Origin: Eledone cirrhosa
Lineage: Eukaryota
Direction: 5' to 3'
NCBI GenBank assembly: GCA_964016885.1
Contig: OZ024751.1
Coordinates: 17,670,001-17,734,000 of the forward strand
Length of the DNA: 64,000 bases
Shown here: positions 62,229 to 64,000 of the stretch, one piece after another
Layout: every line of letters starts with the position of its first letter
Position numbering within the stretch: position 1 is the stretch's first letter
Notes under the pieces: model-generated
What the model saw: the letters and a program-made list of their open reading frames with translations, nothing else
What the model was told of the DNA's origin: nothing
Databases searched by the model: none
Program-made: the position numbers and the translations under genes

Positions 62229-62378
62229 ACGAAGGTGTTGTGGTAAGGAACCAGATGGACCATAACGCACCAGAGTACTCAATACTTAGGGTAGTAGAGT
62301 GGGTAATAGGAAAATGTATGTTTCGATGGCTTGAGCTCTGCCGTCGGGGTCCTACATTTTCCTATATATATATATATA

Positions 62379-62503
<125 letters not shown>

Positions 62504-62700
62504 GAATTAAACAAGATTCAATGAGCATATCAAAGTATGAATTTTACAGTAGATTGGAAGCACTCTACGAGAAATAATTTTCCAGACTTATTAATATTAA
62601 AATACAAATATTAATAAAATAGATGTTCTTTTGATCAATTACATTTTATTATACATATTTCGGAGGTACATCAGTACGTCCCCATCAGACAAAATATAAT

Positions 62701-62804
62701 TGTTTCTACTTTAGGCACAAGGCCAGCAAATACCGAGTGCATTACTGGTACTTTATTTTATCGACTCCGTAAGGATGAAAGGCAAAGTCAACCTCGGCGG
62801 GATT
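62701..62804 (-). mobile_element. 5'-truncated SINE family A with 14-bp TSD
   Basis: AGACAAAATATAAT (62687-62700) / AGACAAACTATAAT (62805-62818). Confidence 0.85.
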
Positions 62805-62872
62805 AGACAAACTATAATGATACATGACATACCCTGAGATTTAACATCTCAGGCTATGTCATGTATCATTAT

Positions 62873-62925
62873 ATTTTGTCTGATGAGGACGTACTGTTGT
62901 ACCTCCGAAATATGTATAATAAAAT
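62873..62925 (+). ncRNA. Minimal type-I hammerhead ribozyme
   Basis: ATTTTGT-CTGATGA-GGACGTAC-tgtt-GTACCTCC-GAAA-TATGTATA|ATAAAAT. Confidence 0.85.
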
Positions 62926-63600
62926 GTAATTGATCAAAAGAACATATATTTTATTAATATTTGTATTTTAATATATATATATATATATAAACATAGATAT
63001 ATATATGGCCCAAAAACCATTGAATTGTATATCAACAAAATAAGTACCAGACGTAAAGCAATCTACAATTCACTACGGTCGACTAATCATTCCTAAATGC
63101 CATGCACCAGCATGGCCCCAGTCTTGAGACAATATCAGAAAATAACCTATAAATACGTGTCTACACTTATACATGAAGTATATATATATAGGCATGCCAG
63201 AAATTCATTTAAACAAACGCATCTACTTCGATAAATACAGCCGCAAACCTACACCCAATCTCACACAGTGTCACATATATGCACACATGCAATCAAATGC
63301 ACTCAGTCATCGCTGGGCGTCGTTAAATCGTGCGCATGCGTAGACATAGACATGCTGACACATGCACATCCACGCATGCGAACATCCATCCTTCCAACCA
63401 TACATACATATATATATATATACATACACACGTTCATTTACTCATGTACACAAGTATAAGCATGAACCCATGACAATATACACGTATATACACGTATATA
63501 CACGTATATACACGTAATATACACGTAATATACACGTATCTACACACACCACACCGCACACACACACACACACACACCACACACACATGCACACACAAAA

Positions 63601-63633
<33 letters not shown>

Positions 63634-63925
63634 GTTAAACTCGGTGGGATTTGAATTCTGAACGTAAAAGGCCATAACCCTGTGCTGCAAAGAAAGGAGT
63701 ATGATGCTCTACTGATACTGCTCCTTAATAATATTCTCTGATTTAGGCCAACAATATTTGGGGGAAGGGAAAGTCGATTAAATCAACCCCAGTACGTTAC
63801 TGGTACTTTATTTATCGACTCTGTAAGGGTGAAAGGCAAAGTTAACCTAGGTGGGATTTGATATCAGAATGAATAATCCAGAACAAACACCGCAATGACA
63901 TTTTATCGGACGCTCTACTAATTCA
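63634..63925 (-). mobile_element. SINE family A copies
   Basis: Reverse-complement core and head; further degenerate copies at about 25670-25890, 33760-33950 and 55790-55960. Confidence 0.75.
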
Positions 63926-64000
63926 ACATAATGCACTCTAATAACATTAAAGATGACATGATTGAAAATATGACATTTTCCAATTCATTTTTTGACATTG

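Overview
Eukaryotic, AT-rich, repeat-dominated window, about half of it (TA)n/(CA)n/(GA)n/trinucleotide microsatellite. The SINE sequences and microsatellite load suggest an octopod cephalopod (inference). No host gene can be supported, and nearly all listed ORFs are microsatellite artefacts. Recognisable elements: a 5'-truncated, frameshifted Penelope-like element (PLE; RT + Cys linker + GIY-YIG, minus strand, 16984-20412), a second PLE endonuclease fragment, several RTE-clade LINE fragments, two hAT MITEs with 8-bp TSDs, a non-autonomous Helitron and more than 25 tRNA-derived SINE copies. The main hidden signal is that many short 'unique' islands inside (TA)n tracts are small non-coding elements carrying minimal type-I hammerhead ribozymes (about 14 near-complete motifs plus degenerate ones, from at least 8 sequence families). 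They are arranged as inverted-arm hairpins with a one-sided tail, or as head-to-tail repeats. Several families share a C·C mismatch at stem II position 4, most have a palindromic stem III, and many carry a GAGTRCT tail motif. This points to a (TA)n-targeting set of non-autonomous PLE/retrozyme-like elements. All folds and alignments were done by eye and coordinates may be off by a few bases.
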